Below the pieces are notes generated by a model. That model did not search any database. It saw only the letters and a program-made list of their open reading frames with translations, and was not told the origin of the DNA. A stretch of DNA of 64,000 bases, taken from Octopus vulgaris. Its lineage: Eukaryota. Positions 40,577 through 55,434 of the stretch are shown in pieces. Positions within the stretch are counted from its first letter, which is position 1. Each line of letters opens with the position of its first letter. A program made the position numbers and the translations under genes. The stretch lies in contig OX597821.1 in NCBI GenBank assembly GCA_951406725.2, positions 74,400,001 to 74,464,000 on the forward strand, read 5' to 3'.

Positions 40577-40950
40577 CTTTTACTTGTATCAGTCACTTTG
40601 ACTGCGGCCATGCTGGACCGCCGCCTTTAGGCGAACAAATCGACCCTCTCTCCCCGAGTTATTCTATCGGTCTATTTTGCGGAACCGATAAGGTACGAGA
40701 ACGTAAACACACCAACATCGGTTGTCAAGCAATGGTAGGGGAACAAACACAAACACGGTGCTTCAGTATGACCATAGCCACCTGGTTGAAACACATATAA
40801 GAATAAATATATATTCCGTCTACCAAATCCACCCACAAGGCTTTGGTCGAATCGAGGCTATAGTAGAAGACACTTGCTAAAGGTGCCATGCAGTGGGAAT
40901 GAACCCGGAACCATGTGGTTGGTACAGAAGCTTCTTACCACATAGCCCTT
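40577..40950 (-). mobile_element. SINE family B, rearranged
   Basis: CTTTTACTTGTATCAGTCACTTTGACTGCGGCC...GAACCCGGAACCATGTGG..CTTACCACATAGCC. Confidence 0.8.
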
Positions 40951-40957
40951 TTGTGCC

Positions 40958-41062
<105 letters not shown>

Positions 41063-41105
41063 ATATATATCTATATAATATATATATATATATTTACATA
41101 TATAT

Positions 41106-41146
<41 letters not shown>

Positions 41147-41155
41147 CATATATAT

Positions 41156-41193
<38 letters not shown>

Positions 41194-41408
41194 GCGTAAA
41201 AATATTTTATATGTTGTGCAGAGTACGAGAAAATAGACAGGTGACCTATTATAGCAGTGATAGTAATTAAGATGGTAAGGCTGATGAGGAGGAGAGAGGA
41301 AGAGGAGGATGATAACAATAAGAGCAACAACCATCAACGACAATCAATTACCACGAGACGATCCGACACCTATGTACAGGTGTGTGCATATATGTATACA
41401 TATATATG

Positions 41409-41504
<96 letters not shown>

Positions 41505-42001
41505 TGTATTCTAGCAAATTTATATACGTATATATATGCATGTATGAATGTACGCACACACACACATGTAAATTTGTGTGTTTGCATGGGCGCGCATCCG
41601 CATGTGCATCTGTATAAACATGTGGGTGTATGTGTGCATATGTGTGCGTGTGTGCGTGCGCATGCACGCGCGCGTGCGTGCGGGCGGCCACAGCTCGCAG
41701 ACTGAAACGCGGCAAAGAAGAACAAATGAATATATACGCATGTGTGTGTGTGCTAGAAATAGCAGTCAAATTCTTTGCCACGTCCCTCTCAATCACTGCA
41801 TTCTTTCTTTTTTTCTCTTCCTTCTTTTTCTCATTCCTAACGCCTTCCTTTTTTCTCTAACTTCCAACTTTATCCATCGTCACTCATTCACTGCGGCACC
41901 CCGCACTCCAAGAAATGCGCCGCTGTTTCGGTTGGTGCCTCAGAATGATGGAGACAAGCAACCAGGAGAAGAAGGTGGCTTCTTTCCTCCATCAACAAAT
42001 A

Positions 42002-42039
<38 letters not shown>

Positions 42040-42533
42040 CTGTGTCTCTGAGTTAGTTTGGCAGTCAGTCAGACAGAGAGGTAAACACAGCCACACGGAG
42101 AGACAGACGGACAGACGGACATACAGACAGACAGGCAGACAGGCAGATAGACAGACTGACAGACAGACCGAGACACAAACAGACAAGCTTACCTTGAGAA
42201 GATCGGCGCGTGAATTTTCATCTCACAACCGTCACTGCGAGACCAAACTACACACATAGCCACACACACACAAACACACACACATACACACACACACACA
42301 CACACACATACACATACACACACACAAACATATACACATACACACGCACGCACACACACACACACAACAGATAAACGCACGCACATACATGCCCACTCAT
42401 ACATTATACATACATGATAAATATATACACACACACATATATATATATGAGAGAGAGAGAGAGGGGGGATGAGAGAGAATGAGCGAGAGTGAAAAGGCCC
42501 AACAGACGAAGGCCAGCACCACAAACAGCAGCT

Positions 42534-42569
<36 letters not shown>

Positions 42570-42908
42570 GCAGCAGCAGCCGAATGCTGGTCCAGCTCTG
42601 CTCTAACAAAAATGCATGCAATCAGTGCTTAACAAAGAAGGTGTCTGGAGGGTGGAGGCGAGGGAGCGGGCTGTGTGTGTGTGTGTGTGTGGTGCATTTG
42701 AATAAATTTTTGATCGGCCACAAACAGCACCATCTCTTCACCCACCCCCCACTCTCCCACCACCACCACCACCACCACCACCATCGCCACCATCATCATC
42801 ATTACCAGCACCAGCATCACCACCACCAACAACGACAGCATTAATGTGCCACTTCGCTCTAACCACTCCGTCACCGCAAAACATAACCACAAACAAAAGC
42901 AACCATTT

Positions 42909-42909
<1 letters not shown>

Positions 42910-42946
<37 letters not shown>

Positions 42947-43059
42947 ATGTCACCTCTTCCCTTCTCTCTCTCTTCCCTTCTCGCTCTCTCTCTCTCCCTC
43001 TCTCTTTCTCTCCCTCTCTTTCTCACTCTCTCTCTCTTTCTTTCGCTCGTTCTCTCTCC

Positions 43060-43108
<49 letters not shown>

Positions 43109-43152
43109 CATCTTTCTTTCCATCACTTTCTTTCTTTCTTTCTTTCTTTCTT

Positions 43153-43218
<66 letters not shown>

Positions 43219-43257
43219 ATCACTGTTTCCCTTTCTTTCTTTCATTCATTCTTTCCT

Positions 43258-43288
<31 letters not shown>

Positions 43289-43585
43289 CTCGCTCCCTCT
43301 CTATCTGTCTTTCTGTCTGCCTATCTGTCTCTCTTTCTCTCCGCTTCTCATAATCACTCTCTCTTTCTCTCTCTCCTTATCGCTTTCTCTTTATCTCTCC
43401 CTAACTCTCTTTTATACTTCCTACTCTTTCTTGTGACTCCCTCTACATTTCACGGCTTACACTTTTCTCTCGGTTTCTCCCTCCCCTCTCCCTTACTCTC
43501 TCTGCATCTCTCTCCCTGTCTCTCACTCTCACTATCTGTCTTTCTGTCTCTCTGTATTGTTCTCTATCTCCCTCTCTCTTTCAAC

Positions 43586-43617
<32 letters not shown>

Positions 43618-43620
43618 ATA
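42910..43620. repeat. Long polypyrimidine (CT/CTTT/CTAT) compound tract
   Basis: Direct. Confidence 0.9.
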
Positions 43621-43931
43621 CCTGTCTTTCTATTTGGGTTCTTTTTCGTTATTCTGTTTATCTGTGTCTTTCTGGTTTATCTCACCGCTGCCGCCACCGC
43701 CACCACCACCAACACCACCACCACCACCACCACCACCACTACCACTACCACCACCACCACCACCACCACCACCACCACAGATAATAATAACAGCAACAAC
43801 GACTACAACAACAACAAATGTAACACAATCATTATCACTATCACCAATAACAGTCTGTAGCTGCATTTATTTGTATATATGTATGCGGGGACACACACAC
43901 ACACGCATCTATCTATCCCTCTATCTATCCC

Positions 43932-44019
<88 letters not shown>

Positions 44020-44109
44020 CATTATATTTATATATATATATATAATGTGTGTATGTATAAAGATATATATCTTTATATATGTTTGTATACATATATATAT
44101 CTTTATATA

Positions 44110-44168
<59 letters not shown>

Positions 44169-44282
44169 ATGTATGTCATTTACTTCTCTCCTCACCACTG
44201 ATCTAGTTAAATTTATGTTATCCATGTGTATATAATTGTATGTATGGCATAGAACGTCATTATTATTGTATGTATGTGTATG

Positions 44283-44326
<44 letters not shown>

Positions 44327-44510
44327 CAAGTATTTGTTTTCCTTGTTTATTATGCCGTCAGTTAATGCACTGTTTCCATATAACAAATTTAATTAAATAT
44401 ATATATACACACACACATTCACTCTTATACACAGGATCTTGTATGTACACAAATTAATATAATTCAATGTATGTGTGCATGTATGTGTGTGTGTGTGTGT
44501 GTGAATGTGT

Positions 44511-44552
<42 letters not shown>

Positions 44553-44840
44553 CTGTGAACAATCATAGTGCTGTCATCGTAGTGACGCGACGATAATATG
44601 GAAGCAAGCAGCAGGTTTTGGCCGAGTGTTTTAAATATTTCGCGTAGTACAGAAGACCTCAGGCCCAGCATCAGAACGGAAGACTAATGCTTGGAGAAGG
44701 AGTGTTTTTGTTCTGTTAGTACTCAGCTGGTACACACTTTATGGACACCGAGATGGAGACAAAAAATAATCACGACATACTTGATTCAACTGTCTATCTA
44801 GCCCTGCTAATCGACCTACTTCACACACACAAACACAAAC

Positions 44841-44893
<53 letters not shown>

Positions 44894-45010
44894 GTTTATA
44901 TACATGTATATAGAAATAGATATATATATATGTATGTATATATATGTATATATATGTTATATATAAACATATTTATAAATACGAATATACATACATACAT
45001 TTGTATATAC

Positions 45011-45050
<40 letters not shown>

Positions 45051-45053
<3 letters not shown>

Positions 45054-45257
45054 AATCCAAACAAGAAAACATAAAAAAAAACACAAGAACGCGAGGACGT
45101 GGAACAAATATAGTATTATTGGACGCTGAGGAAAGAAGGGAAGAAGGAGGGTTTAACGTTTCGAGCGGAGCTCTTCGTCGGAAACATAGGAGAAGGAAAG
45201 ATCCCGAGAAGGGAAGACAGAGGGAAAAAAATCGCCAACGGTACACACGGGGTCACA
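45051..45257 (-). mobile_element. Penelope-like pLTR fragment with hammerhead motif at 45151-45185
   Basis: Minus strand reads GTTT-CCGACGA-A-GAGC TCC GCTC-GAAA-C-GTT-AAAC; abuts (TA)n. Confidence 0.75.
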
Positions 45258-45579
45258 TTTTGAAAGACCGATATATATATACATATATATATGTCTATAC
45301 ACAGATACGTTTCTATATACGTATATGTATATGCATATACATATGCGTATGTATAAAATTATATATATACACACACACGCATATATATATATACGCATAC
45401 AAACACACACATATATATATGCATATAATTATATTGTATTTATATATATGAGTATAAATACATATGCATATATTGACACACATAATTTTAGGAGTTCACA
45501 TTTATACGATGCACACAGGCGCGCACACACACATACACATATTTATATATATAGTTATGTGTGTGTGTTTACATATATA

Positions 45580-45638
<59 letters not shown>

Positions 45639-45775
45639 AAAGAGAAGATATTGAAATGCAGTTGAAATTTTTTAAAAGATTTATGCAGGTTTGGTACAAA
45701 AATCACATTTTCTTGTACATGTACACATATACATTTGTGTGTTAGCATGTGTATATATATATAAATATATGTATG

Positions 45776-45832
<57 letters not shown>

Positions 45833-45862
45833 ATATGTATATGTATGTATGTTTGTAAGTAC

Positions 45863-45900
<38 letters not shown>

Positions 45901-46117
45901 GTGTGTGTGTGTGTGTAGAAGCAGAAGAAAAGAGCATCTTATAGCATTCAGCAGAGTTTATATTGTTTTTTAATATTTCTGGAGCTAATGATTCTGCACC
46001 GTATAAGAGCACGTTCCTCGATCACGTCAAATATTTCCGCCATCTTTGATATGCACTTTATGAAAAGCATCTAAGAGACTTTTCACCGGTGAGAATCTCC
46101 GATATTCACGAACGCTA

Positions 46118-46191
<74 letters not shown>

Positions 46192-46300
46192 GCGCGCGCA
46201 CACACACACACACACGTACACACACACACACACACAGGCACATATGCAAACGCACACTCACACATGCACACTCACAGACACTCAAATACGCACGCACACA

Positions 46301-46363
<63 letters not shown>

Positions 46364-46720
46364 GTTAGTCAATTGTGACCATCCAGCTTGTCATCGCTGT
46401 GCACGCCTGAGCAAAATGTTTTGCTTTGAGAAGTGCAATTGGCTATGAATGCATATCTCACGCCAAATCCACGATACCGACAGTTATTCAATGGGATGAT
46501 CGCTGAGTTCGTCACCTAGGATTCGTTAATTTAATCAACACTCGGGCTCAATGGGATTTGATCTTGCATCGGAATGGTTAGTGCAAACACCTCGAAACAT
46601 TCAACGCTGTAACGGTCCTGCCAATTCGGCATAATGAAATGCATCTTAAGGATTACAAAACATGAAACTATGTATGTATGTATGTATGTATGTATGTATG
46701 TATGTATGTATGTATGTATG

Positions 46721-47363
46721 TCATTATTCAGCTTTATTTCAAGATTTCTTGCCAATAGAGGAAGAACCGGTTTCTAACCTAGATCCAAGGTTCCTTCATT
46801 CCAATTTCAACATCAACAACAGGGTATGTATGTATGTATGTATGTATGTATGTATGTATGTATGTATGATTGTATGTATGCATGCATGTATGTATTATGT
46901 TCAGATTTGTATGTTTTATGTGTGTATTCTCAAGCATATACTTGCATATCTAGATATGCTCGTATATATATGAATGATAATCTTCTGGAAATTTTTACTG
47001 ATTTTTACAGTTGTCTTGATGGATTGGATCTGTAGTCTTTGAATTAGCTTTCTCCTTTCTGGTTTTGAGAAGCCTAATTTCTCAAGATTGGTATTTAGAC
47101 AGTGTCACATATCCCAGGGACCCAATAATTACAGGTATAAATCTGAACTTGTAATCTGGATAGAGTAACTGCTGATTTCTCAATAGATCAGCATAGGTGT
47201 TCTCTTTTTCACTGATCTTCAGCTTTATGTTAACATCCGTTGGGCAGCTAATTTCTACAACTGTACACAGTTTCTCTTCTCTATCTTAAATCATTATATC
47301 AGGTCTGTTATTCTTACATTTTATTGCGGTCTTCACTGGTGCATTCCACCAGTATTCCTTTTT
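46721..47363 (-). mobile_element. 5'-truncated R4/Dong-like retrotransposon (restriction-like endonuclease domain and 3' UTR)
   Basis: EYWWNAPVKTAIKCKNNRPDIMI*DREEKLCTVVEISCPTDVNIKLKISEKENTY..IPVIIGSLG (PD..E..K RLE motif); (TATG)n on both sides. Confidence 0.88.
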
Positions 47364-47468
47364 ATGTATGTATGTATGTATGTATGTATGTATGTATGTA
47401 TGTATGTATGTATGTACGTACGTATATCTATCATGCAAACGAATACATATACTTTCGCCTACACACAC

Positions 47469-47517
<49 letters not shown>

Positions 47518-47629
47518 CACGCACGCACACGCACGCACGCACACGCACGCACGCACACACACACACACACACATGCATGCTAAATTTATCACTGAATTGC
47601 ATGGGTTTCAGTGATATGTGACTTTTTAA

Positions 47630-48350
47630 TCATAGTCCCTAGGAGGATAGTGAAATTGAAGTGATTCGGTGGAGTGCAATCGACCAGATGTGTTGTAATA
47701 GAGAAATGTCGTTGCTGCTACTTGGATTACACAAACGATATGTATGTTTATAAAGACGGCCCTTAAATATGTTGGCTGTAAGACAAATATATTAGGCTTG
47801 AAGAGTGAGAATGGATAGTTACTGAGCAGACTTCTTTGGACGAAGTGTTATGTTCCTAATGTTGGTAAGGCTACAAGTGATCTGGGAGTTATATTATGTA
47901 GAAAGTTTTTGCTTATTCATGCAAGCTAACATTTGTTTTAAATTGTTAGGAGTGAGATTGGAGAATTTTATACGTCTTTCTATTTAATAGTTTCTGATAT
48001 TTAGGTGAAGGCGAAACATGTTTGTATAAGATATCGGAAAAGATTTGCCTTCTGATTAGCTGCTTCAAGATTGCCTGGTGGGTTGAACCATGATATTTTC
48101 GTCTTCTGGTGTATGTTTAATGTTTGATTTTGATTTTTTTTACTACCTTTCGTTGATATATCCTATTTTTACCTTGAAGCTGCTTTTGGCAAGTATTTCA
48201 GTGTAATTTTGTTCAACACTATTAAATATATTTTCATAAGAATATAATCTTGAAAGTCACCGTAAGATATTCTGAATTAAGCACTTAATAAGAGACTTCG
48301 GGTGGTTAAACAGTGCATTGCTATATCTAAACATGTTATTGAAAATTCTA
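47630..48350 (-). pseudogene. Decayed Penelope-like ORF fragment (linker and GIY-YIG endonuclease)
   Basis: KISWFNPP (~48075-48100), then YICLTANIFKGRLYKH and QHIWS, with many stops. Confidence 0.6.
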
Positions 48351-48654
48351 GATTTTCAACGAAGAGGTAGTTTTCTTCGGAATTATTTCGTGGATTGTGA
48401 GTTGACATTTCTGTATAACAGTAGCCTATTGTCTCGATGCAACACCCGTCCGTCGCCGCCGTGTTACGCGTATATATAATGTATATAAATGCATAAATAT
48501 AAATGTAAGTGCAATTATATGTATACGTGTGTATGTTGGTAGTGTAGGCTCATGTGTGTTTATGTATGTGGTTGAATGCATGTACAGGTATGCGTATATG
48601 TATGCTTGTGTGTATTTATATGTGTGTGTGCGTGTGTGTATAAATAGGAGGGAC

Positions 48655-48935
48655 TCTCCTATCGCTAGATGACATATGACGGTTCGGCAAGAAATTGCCG
48701 AACAACCACACAAATGATTTGTTTATAGTGATCAAATGTTTGTGTAGACATAAGCTCACTTCCTCAATCAGATCGGCATTACCTGTACAGGTGCAACGGG
48801 TGCCACATGTCAGATGTTGAAATGATCGCAGAATAACGTGAAATGAAGTGTTTTGCACAAGAACACAACACAACGCCGCGTCTGAGAATCGAATCCACGA
48901 TCTCGCAATCGTGAACGCAACACCTTAACCACTAA
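48655..48935 (-). mobile_element. SINE family D
   Basis: Minus strand reads TAGTGGTTAAGGTGTTGCGTTCACGATTGCGAGATCGTGGATTCGATTCTC...TGTGTTCTTGTGCAAAACACTTCATTTCACG. Confidence 0.7.
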
Positions 48936-49132
48936 GTTAAGTGGCATTCGGGTAAAAAAGCCTGTAGAATGCTGTGACATTCATTATTAAACTCAGTGAA
49001 ATGGTGGGAGGATATAACGAGGGACTTCTTTAAAGTGCATTTAAAGTACACCTGGGATAAAAGAGGTACAAGAATGCTTCGAAACAATTGTGGGTTTGAA
49101 TAAAGAATAAAGAATTTCATTTTCTGACTCTG

Positions 49133-49206
<74 letters not shown>

Positions 49207-49277
49207 ATATATATATATCTGTCTATCTGTCTGTCTATCTGTCTGTCTGTCTGTCTGTCTGTCTATGTATCTATCTA

Positions 49278-49428
49278 TGTGTGGTAAGTAGCTTGCTTAC
49301 CAACCATATGGTTCCGGTTCCGAGTTCAGTCCCACTGCGTGGCATCTTGGGTAAGTGTCTTCTACTATAGCCTCGGCCCGACCAAAGCCTTATGGATTTG
49401 GTAGACGGAAACTGAAAGAAGCCCGTCG

Positions 49429-49465
<37 letters not shown>

Positions 49466-49665
49466 TTCTGTCTCCCTCCCCAGCATCGCTTGACAACCGA
49501 TGCTAGTATGCTTACGTACCTGTAACTTAGCGATTTGGAAAAAAAGAGACCGATAGAATAAGTGGTAGACTTATAAAGAATAAGTCTTGGTGTCGATTTG
49601 CTCGACTAAAAGGTGGTGCTCCACCATGGCCACAGTCAAACTTACTGAGACAAATAAAAATAAAC

Positions 49666-49668
<3 letters not shown>
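49278..49668 (+). mobile_element. SINE family B
   Basis: Colinear with 38965-39380; small GGTTCC duplication in the head. Confidence 0.88.
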
Positions 49669-49719
<51 letters not shown>

Positions 49720-49748
49720 ATGTATAAGTATATATATGTATATGGATA

Positions 49749-49798
<50 letters not shown>

Positions 49799-49800
<2 letters not shown>

Positions 49801-50090
49801 AATCCAAACGGGAAACAAAAAAACAACAACAAGGGAACAATTACAGTATTATTATTAATAGGCGCTCAGGAAATGGAAGCAGGGAGGTATGACGTTTCGA
49901 GCGGAGCTCTTCGTCGGAAACATAAAGAAGGAAGAGAGAGGAAAGAAAGATCCCGGAGCGGGCAACGGAGATAGAGAAAAAACGGCTGGTGTTAGCAGAA
50001 GCACATGGTGAAAGGCGGATGTTTACGATAACAAGAGCAAAGTGGGTTTTTAAAGGCAAAAGAGTGGAGACAAGGTTGGTAACGCAACAG
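49799..50090 (-). mobile_element. Penelope-like pLTR fragment with hammerhead motif at 49887-49921
   Basis: Minus strand reads GTTT-CCGACGA-A-GAGC TCC GCTC-GAAA-C-GTC-ATAC; longer and more diverged than its sister copies. Confidence 0.7.
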
Positions 50091-50639
50091 ATGTGTGTGT
50101 ATGTGTGAGTGTGTGCGTGTGCGTGTGTGTATGTGTGTGTGTGAGGCGAGGTAAAAAAACAAAAAATATATGTATGTGTTAGTGTGTGCGTCTGTGTGTA
50201 GGCGTGTGAGGTAGGGCGAGACGGTGGTCAGCATAGCAGCAGCATAGCAGACAAAGGTCAGTAGTGAGAAAAGGGAGGAAGGAGGAAGGGAGGGAGGGGA
50301 AGGGGTGGGGGCGTATGTAGCGTGCCAGCGTGTGTTGAGTGGTAGTGTGTGTGTGTGTCCAGTGTCGTGGTAGTATTAGTGGCGAGTAGATTGAATGTGT
50401 GTAAGAGTGAGGTATATGTTTAAGCAATGTGTGTATATGTGTGCGCGTGTGTGTAACGAAAAAAAAGGGGGGGGGGGTTTAGGAAAAGGACTCCAGCGGA
50501 GGGGAAGATGGAGGAGTGGTCCCGCGGAGACGGGCGTGGGAAAACCCAACGACACGCGACATCCCAGGAACGGGCGGGAGGTCTCGTCGGATCCAAGGGC
50601 GAGGTGCATGCGGGCGCATGCGTGCGCGAACCGGCGCAA

Positions 50640-51700
50640 ACGCGTGTGTGCGCGAGCCTGCGAGTGTGCGCGTACGTATGTGTGCGTGTGGATGTGTGAG
50701 TGTGTCTGTGTGTATGTCTGGGTGGCAGTGTGTCCGATGAATGTATGTGAGTATGTGTGTATATATGTGTGTGCATAGATGTATGTCCGTGTGTGTGTGT
50801 GTGTGTGTATGTGTGTATGAGTGTGTATGTATGTACGTGTGGGTGTGGGGAAGTGTGTGTATGTGCATGTGTGTGCGCGAACATACAGGTGTGTGAGTGA
50901 GTGCGTGTGTGTGTATGTATGTGTGAGTGTGTATGTATGTGTGTGTAGGATGCATGTATGTGTATGGGTGTATGTATGCGTGTGTGTATGTATGTATGTG
51001 TACGTGCGTGTGTGTGTGTGTATGCGTGTAGGTGTGCGCGTGTGCATGCGTGCATGTATGTGCGTATGTGTGTGTGTGTGCATGTGTGTGGGTATATATG
51101 TGTGTGCGTATATGTGTGTGTATGTGCGTACATGTGTGTGTGTGTGCATGTGTGTGTGTAGGTGTGTAGGCGTGTGTGTATAGGTGTATGTATGTAAGTA
51201 TGTATGGGTGTGTCCGTGTATGTGTGTATGTATGTGTGTGTATGTAGCTGTGTGGGCGTGTGTATATGTGTGTGTATGTAGGTGTGTAGGCGTGTGTATA
51301 TAGGTGTATGTATGTATGTCTGGGTGTGTCCGTGCATGTTTGTGTGTGTGTGTGTGTGCATGTGTATGTAGGTGTGTGTGTACGTGTGTAATGTATGTGT
51401 GTATGCGTGTGTATGCGTGCGTGTGTGTATGTAGGTGCGTGTGTATGTGTGTGGGAGTGTAGGTGTGTGTGTGCGTGTGCGTGTTTATGTTGGTGTGTGC
51501 GTATGTGAGTGTGAGTGTATGAGTGTTTGTCATGCATGTGTGTGCGCGTGCAGGTGAGTGTGTGTGTAAGTATGTGTGTGTGTATGTTTGTGTGAGTGTG
51601 TATGTGTGTATGTCTGTGTGTATGTATGTGCGTATAGGAGTATGTAGGTATGTGTGTATATATATATATTTATGTATGCATGTATGTATGTGAGGGTGCG
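50640..51700. repeat. ~1 kb degenerate (TG/TA/CG) alternating purine-pyrimidine tract
   Basis: Direct; source of the 300+ aa H/T ORFs. Confidence 0.9.
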
Positions 51701-51889
51701 GGTATACGTATATACATATATGTGTGCGTGTATATATGTATTTATATATACATATCTTTATATGTGTACATTTACACAGCCCTTTAGCTAATATTTATAT
51801 AAGATAATTGAATCTAAACAACTCTATAATTACGCAATTGTTTATGCGTCTTTATAAACAAGGTATATATGTGTGTATGTATATATATA

Positions 51890-52022
51890 TTCCTTTATTG
51901 CCCACAAGGGGCTAAACATAGAGGGGACAAACAAAGACAGACAAAGGGATTAAGCCGATTACATCGACCCCAGTGCGTAACCGGTACTTTATTTATCGAC
52001 CCCGAAAGGATGAAAGGCAAAG
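51890..52022 (-). mobile_element. SINE family A 3' fragment with the 'internal-module' tail
   Basis: CCCACAAGGGGCTAAACA..GGACAAACAA..ATCGACCCCGAAAGGATGAAAGGCAAAG, as in 160-290. Confidence 0.8.
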
Positions 52023-52230
52023 TGTATATATGTACACACGCACATATATATCTATGTTCACACACATACATCATGTATTGTGTATATGTATTTATAAATG
52101 TATGCGTGTGCGTGTGTGTGTTCATAGATCGAAATCAATTAGTGGAAATTAGTCGAATACAGTTGGTTAGCAAACATATTTCTAGTCCTTATGTCAATCA
52201 TGTTTGTATGAGGGTATATATGTATGGTGC

Positions 52231-52613
52231 GGCACTCCGTCGGTTACGACGAGAAGGGTTCCCGTCATTCCGATGAACGGAACAGCCTGCTCGTGAAGTT
52301 ATCGTGCAAGTGGCTGAGCACTCCACAGACATGTGTACCCTTAACGTAGTTCTCGGAGGAGATTCAGCGTGACACAGAGTGTGACAAGGCTGGCCCCTCT
52401 GAAATACAGGTACAACAGAAAGAGGAAGAAAGAGAGAGAGAGAAAGTTGTGGTGAACGAGTACAGAAAGGGTTGACCACCAACCTCTACTGGGGCCTCGT
52501 GGTGCCTTAAGCGTTTTCGCTCAATAAACACTCACAACGCCCGGTCTGGGAATCGAAACTTCGATCCTACGAACACAAGTCCGCTGCCCTAACCACTAGG
52601 CCATTGCGCCTCC
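52231..52613 (-). mobile_element. SINE family C, full length
   Basis: Reverse complement of 28993-29364. Confidence 0.9.
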
Positions 52614-52691
52614 TCATATATGTACATTTGTGAAGGGAGCATAACATGCACATAGGGTGTATATGAGTGTGTGTATGTGTGTGTGCAGTGC

Positions 52692-52730
<39 letters not shown>

Positions 52731-52748
52731 CATATATATATATGTGAG

Positions 52749-52784
<36 letters not shown>

Positions 52785-53150
52785 TGTATATACGTATATG
52801 TATACATGTATATGTGTATATATATGCATGTATAAACATACTTGCTCACACACACACACGCACTATCTCTAGCATAAACTTACGTCCGTATGTAGATATT
52901 TCCCAGTTCACTTAATACAAGTTAATTTTGTGTATCTTCCGTTATTTTCTTAATACTAGTCCATTGCCTTCTAAATAGCAACAGACACAATAAACTAAAC
53001 TTTAGACTTAATTTTGGGACTTAAAACTAAACTTAGGGGATCCTAGCCTTATGAAATTTGAAATACAACGCCATACATTCGGATCCAAACTACATATACA
53101 TAGATACATATATACATACACTCACACACAAACACACACACATACACACA

Positions 53151-53227
<77 letters not shown>

Positions 53228-53396
53228 ACATATACATATGCATATGTGTGTACAGGACGTCACCAACAGTAAACAACATGAAATACGAAATACGAGAGAA
53301 AAGAAACAAATGGAAAAGAGGATATGTAAATTAAAGAACGACCCGTCTTCAGTTGTCAGCTCTCTATCTATTCCTCATTTTCAGCATTGAACGACA

Positions 53397-53442
<46 letters not shown>

Positions 53443-53449
53443 TACTTGT

Positions 53450-53655
53450 GTATGTTTTTGTGCCCTTGGCAACTGGCGTCGTTGGTATGCATACGCTTCC
53501 GTAACTTATCGCTTCGGCAAGATAAACCGATAGAATAAGTACCAGAGGAGTTACAAAAAAAAAGTACAGGGGTCGATTTATTTGACTACTAGTACTTGAG
53601 GGCGGTGCCCCAGCATGACCGCAGTCTAATGAATGAATGAAACAAGTAAAAAAAA
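53450..53655 (+). mobile_element. SINE family B 3' half, degenerate
   Basis: ACCGATAGAATAAGTACC..GGGGTCGATTTA..CCAGCATGACCGCAGTC. Confidence 0.7.
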
Positions 53656-54023
53656 GCAAGTAAACAATTCATCTCTGGCCATAGTAATAAGCCATTTCCT
53701 CATTTTTGTTCGAAACTTATATTAGCGACGCTCAACCTAACTTTACCAAAATCTCATGTAAACGCCAGATTCTTGTTTTGCTTCCTGAGTCGTGAACAGA
53801 TTGGCTAAGGCGGAAACTTAGAGGCACCTGCCATAATTATACATCGCTCCACTCACCATCACGTATGGAGTTCTAAATAATGCTTGCAATTTGTAAATGC
53901 ATTACCAATATACTTTACATCTGTAATATCATATGTATGTCTTCATCTGTATGTCTGTATGGCTTTCTGTGTGTATGTGTGTGTGCGTGCGTGCGTGTGT
54001 GTGTTTACCTATATGTATGTATG

Positions 54024-54138
<115 letters not shown>

Positions 54139-54333
54139 AATGCATGTGCTCATGCACACATTCTCACACATGTACATACAAAAATGTATAATGTATACAC
54201 ACACAAATACACATATATAAACATATATATATATATATACATATTTATGCACAGAGACACACATACATGTGTACACAGACACACACTCACATACATGCAC
54301 ACAGTTTATAGTTAGGATATATATGTATATATG

Positions 54334-54380
<47 letters not shown>

Positions 54381-54389
54381 TCTTCCGTC

Positions 54390-54680
54390 GGATAATCGAC
54401 CCCAGGACTTATTCTTTGCATGCTTAGTACTTATTCCATCGGTCTCTTATGCCAAACTGCTTAGTTACGGGGACGTAAACACACCAGCAGCTGTTGTCAA
54501 ACGATGGTGGAGGGACAAACACAGACGCCCAAACATTTATACACACACATACAAACAGGCATGCACACACACACATATACATATGCGGTCGGGCCGAGGC
54601 TGTAGCAGGAGACACTTACCCAAGGAGCCCGGAACTATGTGGTTGGCTAGCAAGCTTGTTACCACATACCCACCCCTGCG

Positions 54681-54683
<3 letters not shown>
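54390..54683 (-). mobile_element. SINE family B, internally deleted
   Basis: CCCCAGGACTTATTCTTTG..GGGGACGTAAACACACCAGC..CCCGGAACTATGTGG..CCTGCGCCT. Confidence 0.8.
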
Positions 54684-54728
<45 letters not shown>

Positions 54729-55213
54729 CATATATGTGTGTGTGTGTGTGCGTATGTATATCTTTTATGTTTTACGTGTGTCAGCCCGCAGCCAGGCTGA
54801 CCCACCACGTTGCGGGATTAATCGTACAAATCGGCCCCAGGACTTACATTTTTTTTTTTAACTGTGGCACGTACCCAACCATTGTCTTTGGCTGAAAGTC
54901 TGAGTAACGTGGACGTAAACAAACCAATGCCAGTTTTCAAGCGGTGATAAACACAATGACACACACACACACACATACACACACATATATATATATAGAG
55001 ATATGAATATGTATTTATGCATGTGTATACACATACATAGCTGCACATTCATATATACGTACTTACATATATTCATACATACATACATGCATACATACAT
55101 ACACAGACATATTCTGCACGCACGCACACACACACATACACACACATTCACGCACACAAATCGAACACGTGCGTATTACATATCAGGTACATATATACAT
55201 ATATTTACATCTA

Positions 55214-55267
<54 letters not shown>

Positions 55268-55287
55268 CATCCATCTATCCATCTCCA

Positions 55288-55434
<147 letters not shown>

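Noticed and set aside
42947-44206. 419-aa ORF with a poly-Pro stretch
   Set aside because: Composed of CT, CCA and TA repeats; not a credible protein.
50557-50594. Minus-strand CCGACGA-GAC..TCCC/GGGA..GTC hammerhead-like start
   Set aside because: GAAA and cleavage-site elements are absent; it cannot be supported.
50376-51537. Three overlapping ORFs of 313-385 aa
   Set aside because: All frames are open because of a degenerate (CA)n tract.
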